64,000 nt of DNA. Source: an uncultured virus (IMG/VR IMGVR_UViG_3300042894_003697). Its lineage: Duplodnaviria; Heunggongvirae; Uroviricota; Caudoviricetes. Below are positions 19,575 to 29,005 of this stretch, piece after piece (position 1 is the first letter of the stretch; each line of letters begins with the position of its first letter). The notes beneath the pieces are model-generated. The model searched no databases. It was not told where the DNA came from and saw nothing but the letters and a program-made list of their open reading frames with translations. Made by a program: the position numbers and the translations under genes. Location: IMG/VR virus record IMGVR_UViG_3300042894_003697; one strand, written 5' to 3'.

Positions 19575-20851
19575 TTTTCTTCATCATAGTAAGCATATTG
19601 ACCCCATGGTGGAACAATTGTGGTTGTTCCATGCAACACCCAGACAGTGTCAGCATAGTTCTCATCGCCCCAGCTGCCAAATGGATAGCCATCTGTAAAT
19701 ACCACCAGACGCTTGGGTTGAATATCTGCTTCTTTAAGATATTCGTACATACAATCAAAGTCTGTACCGCCGCCACCGTCTACTTCGTAGTCGGCAATAC
19801 TGTCCAAATTCTCACTGTCAAATTGTTGAGGATTGTACACTCGGGTATCAAACGTTGCCACGTGTATCTTATAGCTGTTGAACTGTTCCATAATGCCAGC
19901 AGTCTCACTCAAAAAGTCTTTGAGCATTTGGCCATCAATTGAACCAGAAGCATCAATCATGATAGCAATGTCAATGAGCTCGTCAGGCTTGCGGCCCGGC
20001 ATGACAGCATCCATGTGCCAGCCTTTGCGACTGGCTCGCATCCAAGTGTAGTCGGATTTGATAGTGCTTTCTAATTGCATACGCAACAGTTCGCGCCAGT
20101 TCATTTTGGGTGCAGTAAGATTTTCAATAATCTTGCGCACACCTAAAGGAATGTTGCCAGCACCATTGGCTTCGGCACTGGCCGCTGCCAACACTGCTTC
20201 TTTGATCTCGTCACGGATGGCCTGTTTTTCTTCTTCGGTAAGTCGAGGACGGCCTTTGCCCGGAACCTTGTCTCCGTTGCTGTCACTGTCACCATCGTCA
20301 TCACTGTCACCATCCATGTGATCATCTAGCAATTTGTCGATTAATTTGCCAATGTCAATCTTTTCTGCATTCTCATACAAGGCATCGTAGACTTCTTCTG
20401 AGCTCATGCCTTCATACTTTTCATCATACAAGCAGGGCACCGAAGTGATGAATTCTCCTACTTTGTGTTTTTTTAAGTCTGCGTTGACACAATAGTCACT
20501 GGCAATGTTGTACAATTGAGGGTCTCGATCACCTCGACGTCCAAAGTGGTCATAAACACAATGCAATACCTCATGCCCAAACAAGAACTCAACTTCTTTG
20601 GGTTTAAGCAATCGGATAAAACGACTGTTGTAATAGAAGTTTCTGCCATCAGTGGCAGCAGTACCGCACCATTCATCAGCATTGACCAGTTTTAGGCGAG
20701 TGGACAAGTTGCCAAAAAACGAAGCTTTGAGCAAAAGACCCACACGAGCAGTGATAAGTTTTTCTCTGGCATCTCTGTCTTCTGAACTAACAGTGGGTCC
20801 TAGCAAATTGCCAAATTTACTAGCGCCTTTGTTTTCTGTGGTAGTGCTCAT
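19571..20851 (-). CDS. Metallopeptidase-like/vWA domain protein (partner of MoxR-like ATPase)
   Basis: TAATDG, HEVLH (HExxH), acidic linker, DASGS MIDAS, GGGTDF, FTDG. Confidence 0.9.
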   Translation of the reverse strand: MSTTTENKGASKFGNLLGPTVSSEDRDAREKLITARVGLLLKASFFGNLSTRLKLVNADEWCGTAATDGRNFYYNSRFIRLLKPKEVEFLFGHEVLHCVYDHFGRRGDRDPQLYNIASDYCVNADLKKHKVGEFITSVPCLYDEKYEGMSSEEVYDALYENAEKIDIGKLIDKLLDDHMDGDSDDDGDSDSNGDKVPGKGRPRLTEEEKQAIRDEIKEAVLAAASAEANGAGNIPLGVRKIIENLTAPKMNWRELLRMQLESTIKSDYTWMRASRKGWHMDAVMPGRKPDELIDIAIMIDASGSIDGQMLKDFLSETAGIMEQFNSYKIHVATFDTRVYNPQQFDSENLDSIADYEVDGGGGTDFDCMYEYLKEADIQPKRLVVFTDGYPFGSWGDENYADTVWVLHGTTTIVPPWGQYAYYDEEK

Positions 20852-20880
20852 TTTAGTTCCTTTTGCTTTTGTCATAGTGT

Positions 20881-20909
20881 ATTATAACAGACAACTATTT
20901 TTTAGTCAA
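20881..20909 (-). promoter_or_regulatory. Sigma70-type promoter
   Basis: TTGACT-17-TATAAT. Confidence 0.8.
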
Positions 20910-21096
20910 TCTGTATATCGACTAATTTTCCGTTGCGGAAAATAAAATATTTGTTGATTTGACCATGCCACACCCATACACATTCATTGCCGGGTGCCAT
21001 GGTGTAATCTGTCACATCGGGATGATGTTTGGCCATGTACTCTTGTACTATTATAATCTCAAACTCATTGAGTTTTTCACCATCTACTATACGCAT
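20902..21096 (-). CDS. Small hypothetical protein
   Basis: AAGGAG SD; own promoter. Confidence 0.75.
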   Translation of the reverse strand: MRIVDGEKLNEFEIIIVQEYMAKHHPDVTDYTMAPGNECVWVWHGQINKYFIFRNGKLVDIQID

Positions 21097-21116
21097 TTTT
21101 AGCTCCTTTATGCTGT

Positions 21117-21145
21117 ATTATAGCAGAACGGGAATTATTGGTCAA
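21117..21145 (-). promoter_or_regulatory. Sigma70-type promoter
   Basis: TTGACC-17-TATAAT. Confidence 0.8.
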
Positions 21146-21172
21146 ATGCCAGTTGTTGTATAAGAACAACAG

Positions 21173-21811
21173 CTAAAATCCAGTCCACCCGACCTGGTAC
21201 TCCAAAAACATGGGTTTTGCACCCACTTGGTTGGCATATTCTGCTACCAGTCTGCCTTTTCCGCCAACTTGTGGAGTACCAATAACTTGATAATTGGCCG
21301 GCTCAGTTGGTAACAAATTTCCGGAGAGCATGCAATCATCAACCACTACCAGGGTGTCTGATTTCAAAATTGGTTGTATTGCAACCAATTCTTTAAGATG
21401 ATGCGCAGCTGATGGAAACCAATAGTTCCAATCTACATCAAAACTGTCTAGATAAAACAAATGAACATGACTATTTGATCTTGCAAATTTATGTAGATAT
21501 GCAACACTGTCACCAACGTTGACAGATACATTGTCACTGACCAACGTTTTGCAAATTCTCACTGCTTCTGGATCTATATCAACTGAGTGTACTTGAGATC
21601 CATCTTTTCTAGACAACACATATTGATCAAATAGCACTGTACTTTGGCCATCGCCTGCCCAATTACCCGGTTTTCTGGTACATCCAGTTTCCACAATCAC
21701 CACAGGTTCTGGATATTGATCCAGATACTCAAACATTTTTTTAAATGTATTTTTTCTAAACGATAACTGTGGTGCAGCTACAGTATTGAAATATTCCCAA
21801 AAATTTGTCAT
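21173..21811 (-). CDS. Class I SAM-dependent methyltransferase-like protein
   Basis: IVETG, SVDID, GDSV, LFYLDS, VVVDD. Confidence 0.7.
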   Translation of the reverse strand: MTNFWEYFNTVAAPQLSFRKNTFKKMFEYLDQYPEPVVIVETGCTRKPGNWAGDGQSTVLFDQYVLSRKDGSQVHSVDIDPEAVRICKTLVSDNVSVNVGDSVAYLHKFARSNSHVHLFYLDSFDVDWNYWFPSAAHHLKELVAIQPILKSDTLVVVDDCMLSGNLLPTEPANYQVIGTPQVGGKGRLVAEYANQVGAKPMFLEYQVGWTGF

Positions 21812-21824
21812 ATGCTTTATAAGT

Positions 21825-21902
<78 letters not shown>

Positions 21903-21906
21903 TATC

Positions 21907-21984
21907 TGGAAGTGCGGGTCGGATTTGAACCGACGGGTTTACGGATTTGCAATCCGTTGCATTTGACCTCTCTGCCACCGCACT
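21907..21984 (-). tRNA. tRNA-Cys(GCA)
   Basis: Cloverleaf; loop TTGCAAA; U73 and CCA. Confidence 0.93.
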
Positions 21985-21991
21985 GTTAAAT

Positions 21992-22065
21992 TGGCATCCC
22001 GCCAGAGACTCGAACTCCGACCAAGGGTTTTGGAGACCCACGTGCTGCCATTACACCAGCGAGAT
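21992..22065 (-). tRNA. tRNA-Trp(CCA)
   Basis: Cloverleaf; loop CTCCAAA; GCCA end. Confidence 0.93.
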
Positions 22066-22074
22066 AATGTAGCA

Positions 22075-22103
22075 ATTATACTATAAACTTATTTAATAGT
22101 CAA
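22075..22103 (-). promoter_or_regulatory. Sigma70-type promoter for the Trp-Cys-Ile2 tRNA unit
   Basis: TTGACT-17-TATAAT. Confidence 0.8.
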
Positions 22104-22372
22104 CTATATTTTAATAAAAATACAGTGTATTTTTGTGCATCAACAATTTCAAAATTGTTTTCTATTCTTTGGTCCAATGTCATGGTCAACTGTATGCCAT
22201 ATGTCCATACTAACCATGATATAAAATCTTTATCTTCCATGTCTGGAATGTGTTCATATTCTTTATCAAATTCTTCTCGTGCTCGGCGAACTCTTGTCCA
22301 GTCTTGAGCAGTGGCGCCTAACACGGTATCTAATCTTTTTTCGTGAGTATTGTAGTGTTGGTTGTTACTCAT
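22100..22372 (-). CDS. Small hypothetical protein (…FLLKYS)
   Basis: ATGA-coupled; paralog motif. Confidence 0.7.
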   Translation of the reverse strand: MSNNQHYNTHEKRLDTVLGATAQDWTRVRRAREEFDKEYEHIPDMEDKDFISWLVWTYGIQLTMTLDQRIENNFEIVDAQKYTVFLLKYS

Positions 22373-22644
22373 GACCATCTTAGTAAGAAAAAAGTTCTAT
22401 CTGCTTCTTCACGGAACCAATACTTACGATCACTGCTTACCCAACGAGCATTTTCTTCGAGCCAATTACTGGTACCCATGGTTTCTTTCATCCACTCTTC
22501 TATATCTATCCACTCTGCTCTAGAGTAATGGTATGGACAAACCCAATAGGGCCATTTGGGTTGATTGTCAGCACGGCCAGTTTCAAGTCTTTTTAACTGT
22601 TCATCTGCCCTTCTTGAGTCAGACATAGCACGTTTTGTTTTCAT
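22369..22644 (-). CDS. Small hypothetical protein (…FFLLRWS)
   Basis: ATGA-coupled; paralog motif. Confidence 0.7.
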   Translation of the reverse strand: MKTKRAMSDSRRADEQLKRLETGRADNQPKWPYWVCPYHYSRAEWIDIEEWMKETMGTSNWLEENARWVSSDRKYWFREEADRTFFLLRWS

Positions 22645-22970
22645 GACCACCTCAACACAAACCAATCACGGTCTTTGGCATCACGGAACCAAAACTTCCA
22701 ATTGTTCACATGCCAGCGTTGATCAGGCATCCATATGCTGTCAAAAGGTGTAGGGCCAAATGTCTCGCCCATCCATGCCATCATATCATGCCACTGCCCG
22801 TCTGCGTTCATAGGAGCCACTGAGAGATACTCCTGTCCGCAGATTGTGCCTCGACCGTGCTCTAAATAGTAATCAAATACTAAACCCGAACCTGCTAGCA
22901 CCATACGATCAATGTGTTCACTGAGTTGTTTACTCGCCCCGTCAATGATGTGTTGTGCTACACTATTCAT
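22641..22970 (-). CDS. Small hypothetical protein (…WFVLRWS)
   Basis: ATGA-coupled; paralog motif. Confidence 0.7.
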   Translation of the reverse strand: MNSVAQHIIDGASKQLSEHIDRMVLAGSGLVFDYYLEHGRGTICGQEYLSVAPMNADGQWHDMMAWMGETFGPTPFDSIWMPDQRWHVNNWKFWFRDAKDRDWFVLRWS

Positions 22971-23182
22971 GACCACTTCAATAAAAACATAGTAATTTCT
23001 TCTGGAGTTTTGAACCGCCACATGTCAAAACTCATACGAATTCCACACTTGTTGTTTTTGCTCCATGTATGGATGGGATCCATGTCGGATTCTTTTAACC
23101 CCATCATTCTTGGTCCTGGCTCCCAGGTGGCCTTGAGTTTAAAGCCCGGTAACCTATGCCATTTTATTTTTGCTCGAGACAT
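22967..23182 (-). CDS. Small hypothetical protein (…MFLLKWS)
   Basis: GGAGG SD; paralog motif. Confidence 0.7.
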   Translation of the reverse strand: MSRAKIKWHRLPGFKLKATWEPGPRMMGLKESDMDPIHTWSKNNKCGIRMSFDMWRFKTPEEITMFLLKWS

Positions 23183-23238
23183 GCACTGACCTCCATTGAA
23201 CTTACTTAACCAGTCAGTTAAATCATATTTAAAATTTG

Positions 23239-23559
23239 TTATGCCCATTTTAATTGGAACATGGTTAACATCTGATCGTTGGCAATATAAATTCTATAAT
23301 CGTTATATTTTATATTGTATGCCCACTGTTCATTGACCACTACATCAGGATGCTCGTCAATCTGTTTGATTTGGGCTTGAATCATTGGATACTGCATTTC
23401 CACATCTTGACTCCAGCCATAGGTATCGTTGAACCATCTACGACAACGATCAAAGTCCAATATGGCTGATTGTCCAGGTGCCTTGGTAAATGTGATCATG
23501 TATTTGAATCGATTGCGATGATTGTGCCTACCATCAAGCTTGACTATATTGTACTTCAT
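23239..23559 (-). CDS. Small hypothetical protein (…MFQLKWA)
   Basis: Paralog motif. Confidence 0.7.
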   Translation of the reverse strand: MKYNIVKLDGRHNHRNRFKYMITFTKAPGQSAILDFDRCRRWFNDTYGWSQDVEMQYPMIQAQIKQIDEHPDVVVNEQWAYNIKYNDYRIYIANDQMLTMFQLKWA

Positions 23560-23580
23560 ATAATTATTTTGTACAGAGAA

Positions 23581-23629
23581 AGGAGGGCAGTGCGAACACA
23601 GCCCTGTGTTTTTGAAACACCACCCTCCT
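23581..23629 (-). terminator. Structured 3' element or terminator after the AAA ATPase
   Basis: AGGAGGG…CCCUCCU closing helix; UUCG-capped hairpin; pyrimidine tail. Confidence 0.55.
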
Positions 23630-23636
23630 AAACTAC

Positions 23637-24725
23637 TTAGGCAGATGCCTGCAAAATGTACTTGCCGTACTTCTGATGGAACTTGTCAAAGTTCTTGAGC
23701 TTGGTAGGCTGGAACGGCAGGTTGTATGTGGTAAGTGCAATACGAGCACCCATAACAACCAACTCTGTTTCAAAGTTACTCATCATGTAGCCAAAGAAGT
23801 TATCTGCCATTTCGTGGAACTTCTTGTCGTCTACTTTCTTTTCATTGATGGCATCTTTGAGCTCATAGCACATGGAGATCACCAAACTGTACATGGCACT
23901 GACTTCTTTGACATCCAAGGTAGTGACCTTGCCTGACAGGATTTCCTCGGGCTTGGGCATACGGCTGGCTACCTTGCGGTGTGCCATGAACTTGACTGCA
24001 AGTCCTTCTCCTACAGTACCTGCAATCAGATTCATTGTGGTGTCGTCATCACTGTCACTGTCGTCCAGAATTTGGCTCACAAAACTCCATGAGCGTGGCG
24101 TAGCAAAGGCACGGCTTGCGCTCTTGGCATCAAAGTCGTACAGATCATTTTTGGCAAAGCCAATGTAACCTACCACATCCTTGTGGATCTTGTGGTTAAC
24201 TGCCCACTCTTGCCAACTGGTAAAGTCTACTTTCATCTCTTGGTGAATGAAACGATTTGCCAGTGGAGTTGGCATGCGATAGGTAACGCCTTTGTCGCTT
24301 TCACGGTTACCTGCGGCAACCATAACAACATTGTCAGGCAGTCGATACTTGCCCACACGACGATTCAAAATTAGCTGATAAGCGGCACTCTGTACACTTG
24401 GAGCGGCACTGTTCATTTCATCCAAGAAAAGAACTACCACAGGATATTGGCTGGCCAATTCCTCAGTGGGCAAATCTACTGGCTCAGCCCAGTCCATCTT
24501 GCCGGAGTCTTTGTTGTAAAACGGAATGCCACGAATGTCTGTGGGCTCCATTTGTCCTAAACGCAAGTCAATCATGTGACCACCAAGTTCCTCAGTGATA
24601 TCTGCTACCAACTCTGACTTGCCAATACCGGGAGGACCCCAGAGAAACAAAGGGCGTTGATGTTTAAATGCTTTCAGTAAACTACGACGAGCTTGAACTG
24701 ATGTTATTGTACGGGTATCTGACAT
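23637..24725 (-). CDS. MoxR-like AAA+ ATPase
   Basis: Walker A GPPGIGKS, Walker B LFLDE, AAGN, LANRF, TPRSW. Confidence 0.92.
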   Translation of the reverse strand: MSDTRTITSVQARRSLLKAFKHQRPLFLWGPPGIGKSELVADITEELGGHMIDLRLGQMEPTDIRGIPFYNKDSGKMDWAEPVDLPTEELASQYPVVVLFLDEMNSAAPSVQSAAYQLILNRRVGKYRLPDNVVMVAAGNRESDKGVTYRMPTPLANRFIHQEMKVDFTSWQEWAVNHKIHKDVVGYIGFAKNDLYDFDAKSASRAFATPRSWSFVSQILDDSDSDDDTTMNLIAGTVGEGLAVKFMAHRKVASRMPKPEEILSGKVTTLDVKEVSAMYSLVISMCYELKDAINEKKVDDKKFHEMADNFFGYMMSNFETELVVMGARIALTTYNLPFQPTKLKNFDKFHQKYGKYILQASA

Positions 24726-24770
24726 GGGCTGTGTCCTTTCGGGTTGTGGTTAAAAACTGTTTATGTATGT

Positions 24771-24799
24771 ATTGTAGCAGAAGTGTCTTTATGCGTCAA
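24771..24799 (-). promoter_or_regulatory. Sigma70-type promoter
   Basis: TTGACG-17-TACAAT. Confidence 0.7.
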
Positions 24800-24968
24800 C
24801 CTGGGCGGCAATGGCATAAATTTCCATGTATTTGTGGTATGCTTCTATGGTCTTTTCGCTGTAGACCAAACTTCCATTGATCTGGATGTCTTTGATCAGT
24901 TCAAAAAACCCTATGCCCAAGAACACACACTCTTTTTGTAGTTGGGCCATTGCGGTGGATCTTTGCAT
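24789..24968 (-). CDS. 59-aa hypothetical protein (MQRSTAMAQLQKEC…)
   Basis: AAGGAG SD downstream of its own promoter; below the ORF-track cutoff. Confidence 0.65.
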   Translation of the reverse strand: MQRSTAMAQLQKECVFLGIGFFELIKDIQINGSLVYSEKTIEAYHKYMEIYAIAAQVDA

Positions 24969-24973
24969 TTCTG

Positions 24974-25026
24974 CTCCTTGTTTCTTACTATGCTCTAATT
25001 ATAGCAAAAAGGCAATTACTGGTCAA
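24974..25026 (-). promoter_or_regulatory. Promoter + RBS cassette, copy 1
   Basis: TTGACC-17-TATAAT; 24974-25009 is identical to 26131-26166 (36 bp). Confidence 0.85.
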
Positions 25027-25445
25027 CCTAAAGGAATAATCTTAGGGTTGTTGGCAAGTACTTTTTTGGCACTTGCAAGGAATTTGGTATCACGTTTGAA
25101 ATCCTTGAGACGGCTTTCAGGATAAAACTTGACAGTGAGTTGATCAATGTTAAAGTGAGCTTTCTTGATCTGATCTGCTACCTTGTTATAAGGTTGTGTC
25201 TCTAGCTCTTTGATCTGTGACTGTTCTTTGGCAACAGCCTTTTCAAATCTAGTTTTGTCTCGATGGTAGGTTGCAATGTAGTCTGTTCTAAGTTTAACAT
25301 TGGTGTGACACATGGCAATACCCCATTGTAAATGATGTTGGGCTTCTGCCAGGTTTTTGTACTGCCGCGGCGTCTTACGCTCACACCAGCCTAGATCATT
25401 GACCTGCAGGTATGACCCATTGTCTAATACAATAGTGTGTTTCAT
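25023..25445 (-). CDS. Hypothetical protein
   Basis: AAGGAG SD; promoter at 25476-25504. Confidence 0.75.
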   Translation of the reverse strand: MKHTIVLDNGSYLQVNDLGWCERKTPRQYKNLAEAQHHLQWGIAMCHTNVKLRTDYIATYHRDKTRFEKAVAKEQSQIKELETQPYNKVADQIKKAHFNIDQLTVKFYPESRLKDFKRDTKFLASAKKVLANNPKIIPLG

Positions 25446-25475
25446 TGGCCTCTCCTTGTTCCTTGCTATACTTCT

Positions 25476-25504
25476 ATTATAACAAATTGGGATTTATTGG
25501 TCAA
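25476..25504 (-). promoter_or_regulatory. Sigma70-type promoter (cassette variant)
   Basis: TTGACC-17-TATAAT followed by …AACAAGGAG. Confidence 0.8.
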
Positions 25505-25781
25505 CCGCTAGGGATGTCTCGAACATGGACAAATCTTGTTCATCTGCAAAGCAAACTTTATACTTTTTAGATTTGGTGAGTTTATCATTGATCAGAGTTT
25601 GAGTGTCTTCGTCATGGCCACCCCAGATCATGGTCCAGCGGCCTTCGGGATTTTTAAATGGCTCCCAGGCCCGGCCAAACTGTTTTTGACACCATTTGTG
25701 AACCTGTACTCGTTGTTCCATGTCAATAAGGATTTCGTGTGTTAAGTTGTGATATGATGCTGGATGACCGTAATGTGTCAT
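25494..25781 (-). CDS. Small hypothetical protein
   Basis: AAGGAG SD; promoter at 25809-25837. Confidence 0.7.
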   Translation of the reverse strand: MTHYGHPASYHNLTHEILIDMEQRVQVHKWCQKQFGRAWEPFKNPEGRWTMIWGGHDEDTQTLINDKLTKSKKYKVCFADEQDLSMFETSLAVDQ

Positions 25782-25808
25782 TATCTTCTCCTTGTTGGGT
25801 ATGTGGAT

Positions 25809-25837
25809 ATTATACATTAAAAGGAATTATCGGTCAA
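25809..25837 (-). promoter_or_regulatory. Sigma70-type promoter (cassette variant)
   Basis: TTGACC-17-TATAAT followed by …AACAAGGAG. Confidence 0.8.
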
Positions 25838-26121
25838 TCAATATATTTTGGATACTTGGGACGCTGGGGGCAGAACGGGCACCGGGCGTCATTGCATGTA
25901 CCTTCCAACCAAGTGTTGCAATGGTCACAATAGTTGCTGTCAAATTCAAAATTATAGCTACGAAATTCTCCGCAGACAAAACAACCAATTTCGTCTTTGG
26001 GGTCAAACTGTAACTCTCTTCCGGGCAGTGGTGCCTTGCGACGGCTGGTGTTGGCCACACGGTCATGCGGTCCTACCAGCATTTCCGTTACCCCTCTATT
26101 TGTAAGTGGGTCATAACGCAT
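25834..26121 (-). CDS. Small Cys-rich, putative Zn-binding protein
   Basis: CxxC x3; AAGGAG SD. Confidence 0.7.
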   Translation of the reverse strand: MRYDPLTNRGVTEMLVGPHDRVANTSRRKAPLPGRELQFDPKDEIGCFVCGEFRSYNFEFDSNYCDHCNTWLEGTCNDARCPFCPQRPKYPKYID

Positions 26122-26130
26122 AGTTGTTTT

Positions 26131-26183
26131 CTCCTTGTTTCTTACTATGCTCTAATTATAGCAAAACAAGAATTATCGGTCAA
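26131..26183 (-). promoter_or_regulatory. Promoter + RBS cassette, copy 2
   Basis: TTGACC-17-TATAAT; 36-bp identity with 24974-25009. Confidence 0.85.
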
Positions 26184-26229
26184 TCTGGTATTATAGCTCA
26201 TAAATTAGTGTTGTTTTTCAGCAACATTT

Positions 26230-26784
26230 TTAATCAAAATCTAATATTAGAGATCTAGCTACTGCACCAAAATTATTATCTATTATCCAATTATACAACG
26301 GAGTTTGAAATTTTATATCAATCCACCCATTTTTTAAATTGATATAGTTGGCATAATCACCGTGTGTTACATGCGTGAGTTGATTGTTGATAACTTCTAA
26401 TTCATGCAGTTTATTTTGAGGACTTAGATAATTATCAACATATCCTTGATCCTGTATAGGATTATATGCTACAAATTGTTTAAAAAAATATTCAAGATTT
26501 ATACCATTGATTTCTACATATCTGACTTGTATTCCAAAATCACCATTGGTTTTATATTCATCAAATAAATTAAGACCCAGGATTCTAATAAAATGAGTAC
26601 CTGGTATGGCGTCATTGATATCCACGTTGAAATTTAATATTTGCATTGACGCATTAACATCATCAACTTTACCGCAATTTGCCAATAATAACGAGTCAAT
26701 TACTACCGTATTATCTACACTGACAGCAATTATGGGTTTTTGTTCACACTGTGAATTAACTGTAAATCCCAATTTAATCTGCAT
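26230..26784 (-). CDS. Hypothetical protein (AT-rich)
   Basis: 184-aa ORF. Confidence 0.7.
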   Translation of the reverse strand: MQIKLGFTVNSQCEQKPIIAVSVDNTVVIDSLLLANCGKVDDVNASMQILNFNVDINDAIPGTHFIRILGLNLFDEYKTNGDFGIQVRYVEINGINLEYFFKQFVAYNPIQDQGYVDNYLSPQNKLHELEVINNQLTHVTHGDYANYINLKNGWIDIKFQTPLYNWIIDNNFGAVARSLILDFD

Positions 26785-27514
26785 AACAATATTGTTTCAT
26801 ATTAAGTGGCATAATATCCATATATCTATCTACCAGAGTTTTGACTGCGTATATTTGAGTAGTATCCAATGTTGTTTCTAGTATTTTTTCAAGTTCTTCA
26901 ATGTAATAATTTTTCCAAATTGAATCAATGTTAAAAATTTTTAAATCTTTATTTCTGTACAAAATTTCATTGAGATTAGATTCATAGTATCTGAGTTTTT
27001 TAGAATGCGCAGCTAACTCAATATATTTTTCTGGAGCACATACAAAAATATTTTTTTTAAGATCAAATAAAATATCTGTGGCGTTTTTTACTAGTTCTTG
27101 ATTGTATAGATCAAATTTATCTTTGTTTTTGTTAATCCAATTAAAATCGGTTGTGCTAACATGTCCAGATTGATAAACATAATTTACTAAAAACAATTTT
27201 ATTCTACAATGAAATAAGTCATATATTGAATCTCCGTTGTGTCTTACAGAATCTAAAGTTTGTTGTGTGAGTAAATCAGAATCAACTTTGTAATATGATA
27301 TTGGATAAAAAGAATTACATAATACATTTACATTATTTGGGGTTTTTTCGTATTTTCTCCATTGCTTACTATTATTTTTAATTTTTAATGGAAAAACTTT
27401 AAGAGACAATGATAAATCATTTGGAAAAAGACAAACTTGAATTAGCCATGACACAAAAAAACCGCCGGCGCCACTGTTGTACCAAACAACATATTTTTTT
27501 TTGGATGCATTCAT
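26774..27514 (-). CDS. Hypothetical protein (AT-rich; N-terminal GAGG motif like 46225-46878)
   Basis: ATGA-coupled 246-aa ORF. Confidence 0.65.
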   Translation of the reverse strand: MNASKKKYVVWYNSGAGGFFVSWLIQVCLFPNDLSLSLKVFPLKIKNNSKQWRKYEKTPNNVNVLCNSFYPISYYKVDSDLLTQQTLDSVRHNGDSIYDLFHCRIKLFLVNYVYQSGHVSTTDFNWINKNKDKFDLYNQELVKNATDILFDLKKNIFVCAPEKYIELAAHSKKLRYYESNLNEILYRNKDLKIFNIDSIWKNYYIEELEKILETTLDTTQIYAVKTLVDRYMDIMPLNMKQYCYAD

Positions 27515-28062
27515 GACATTATTTTAAAACCCACACTACCACCTTCTGCTTCAATACGTTTGATCACATCTTCAAACAAGATAGGTGTGTAATCTGTTTG
27601 TTCAACGCAAACACAATGATAACGTGGATCAATAACTCCGTCCTTCATGACTCGATTGGCATGCAAGTGACCATGAATATTAACACCAAAACGGCCAAGA
27701 CTTTCTTCATGTATAGGTATATGACTCAAGATCATGCCGTTCATCACATGGTATGCTCGCAACTCACGAAAGTGCTCGCGATACTCAACATCTCGAAAGA
27801 TATCGTGATTACCACGGATCAACACTTTGTCGCCATTTAATCTACGCATGATGCCCAAGGCTTTGCGATTGATAACAACATCACCCAGGTGATACACTTT
27901 GTCATTGGGACGAACTCGATCATTCCAACGACGAACCATTTCTTCATCCATTTCGTCTGCATTGTCCCACGGGCGAAGTTTTGTAACTCCATCGTTACGT
28001 GTGAAGTGACATACGCCAGCATGTCCAAAATGTGTATCACTAACTAAAAATACTGCTGGCAT
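27511..28062 (-). CDS. Calcineurin-like metallophosphoesterase
   Basis: SDTHFGH, HLGD, GNHD, HGHLH. Confidence 0.92.
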   Translation of the reverse strand: MPAVFLVSDTHFGHAGVCHFTRNDGVTKLRPWDNADEMDEEMVRRWNDRVRPNDKVYHLGDVVINRKALGIMRRLNGDKVLIRGNHDIFRDVEYREHFRELRAYHVMNGMILSHIPIHEESLGRFGVNIHGHLHANRVMKDGVIDPRYHCVCVEQTDYTPILFEDVIKRIEAEGGSVGFKIMS

Positions 28063-28074
28063 AATTGCCTCCTT

Positions 28075-28281
28075 TTAACATTCAATATCTATATTCCTGC
28101 CCTTGTCTAAATCCAATCGAAGATTTCTTCTTACTCGATCTGCAATAATTTGATCAAGCCTGCGTTCTTCGATCTTTTTGGCATAGTCCTCAGTTCGTTG
28201 TTTGTCCATACGAGCCTGATCTACTCTATACTGTTCTAGATTGTGTTTTATAACACTTTGCTCTGCTCTTGATATATTCAT
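28075..28281 (-). CDS. Small hypothetical protein, probably from a leaderless mRNA
   Basis: ATG 7 nt below the -10 of a TTGACA-17-TATAAT promoter (28288-28316). Confidence 0.7.
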   Translation of the reverse strand: MNISRAEQSVIKHNLEQYRVDQARMDKQRTEDYAKKIEERRLDQIIADRVRRNLRLDLDKGRNIDIEC

Positions 28282-28344
28282 GCTTATATTATACTATCAA
28301 ATTATATATATGTCAAATGGCATACCAATTCTGTCGCCCGGGCG

Positions 28345-28815
28345 TTATGCTATTTTTAATCCTCTAAAACGATCAGCTGCATAAGTGGCTGCAAAAGCTT
28401 CTGGTTTGACCAATGGTACCACATTACAAGTACCACGGATATAACCAATGGCCTGACTGACCACATTGCTGCTGGCATGCTCGTCTTTGGGATTGATATC
28501 TAAATGAACCTCGACCAATCTATCTTCTAAAACATCTGCTAGTTTCAAATACAACTCACTAACTTTGTAAACTTCGGTCATTAATCGAGTATTTGGCCGG
28601 TTGGCTTTTTGGTCGTAGTCACGCTCTCTTGTGACTTCCCCAAACAGTTTGCATCCATTGTTGCCGCCAATATGAACCACAATAGCGGCAGTATAGTCAG
28701 CGTACCACACTTGACCAACTTTGATTCTTTCTGAATCTACTCCAATATAAATGCGGGTGTCTGGAGATTGGGAGTTTATAAAGTTTTTGATTTCTTTAAT
28801 GTTAAATTTTCTCAT
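28345..28815 (-). CDS. RNase H-like YkuK-family protein
   Basis: IYIGVDS, RLMTEV, EVHLDIN, KPEAFAATYAADR. Confidence 0.8.
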   Translation of the reverse strand: MRKFNIKEIKNFINSQSPDTRIYIGVDSERIKVGQVWYADYTAAIVVHIGGNNGCKLFGEVTRERDYDQKANRPNTRLMTEVYKVSELYLKLADVLEDRLVEVHLDINPKDEHASSNVVSQAIGYIRGTCNVVPLVKPEAFAATYAADRFRGLKIA

Positions 28816-28835
28816 TATGACACTTTTGCTATGTT

Positions 28836-28920
28836 TGGTACGAGTGGCCGGACTCGAACCGGCACGCCATTACGACCTCAGATTTTAAGTCTGATGCGGC
28901 TACCATTACGCCACACTCGC
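28836..28920 (-). tRNA. tRNA-Leu(TAA)
   Basis: Cloverleaf with long variable arm; ACCA. Confidence 0.93.
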
Positions 28921-28926
28921 TATGTT

Positions 28927-29000
28927 TGGTGCCCCTTGACAGAATCGAACTGCCAGCAGATGATTACAAATCAACTGTATTACCATTATACTAAAAGGGC
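28927..29000 (-). tRNA. tRNA-Thr(TGT)
   Basis: Cloverleaf; loop TTTGTAA. Confidence 0.93.
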
Positions 29001-29005
29001 CTGTT

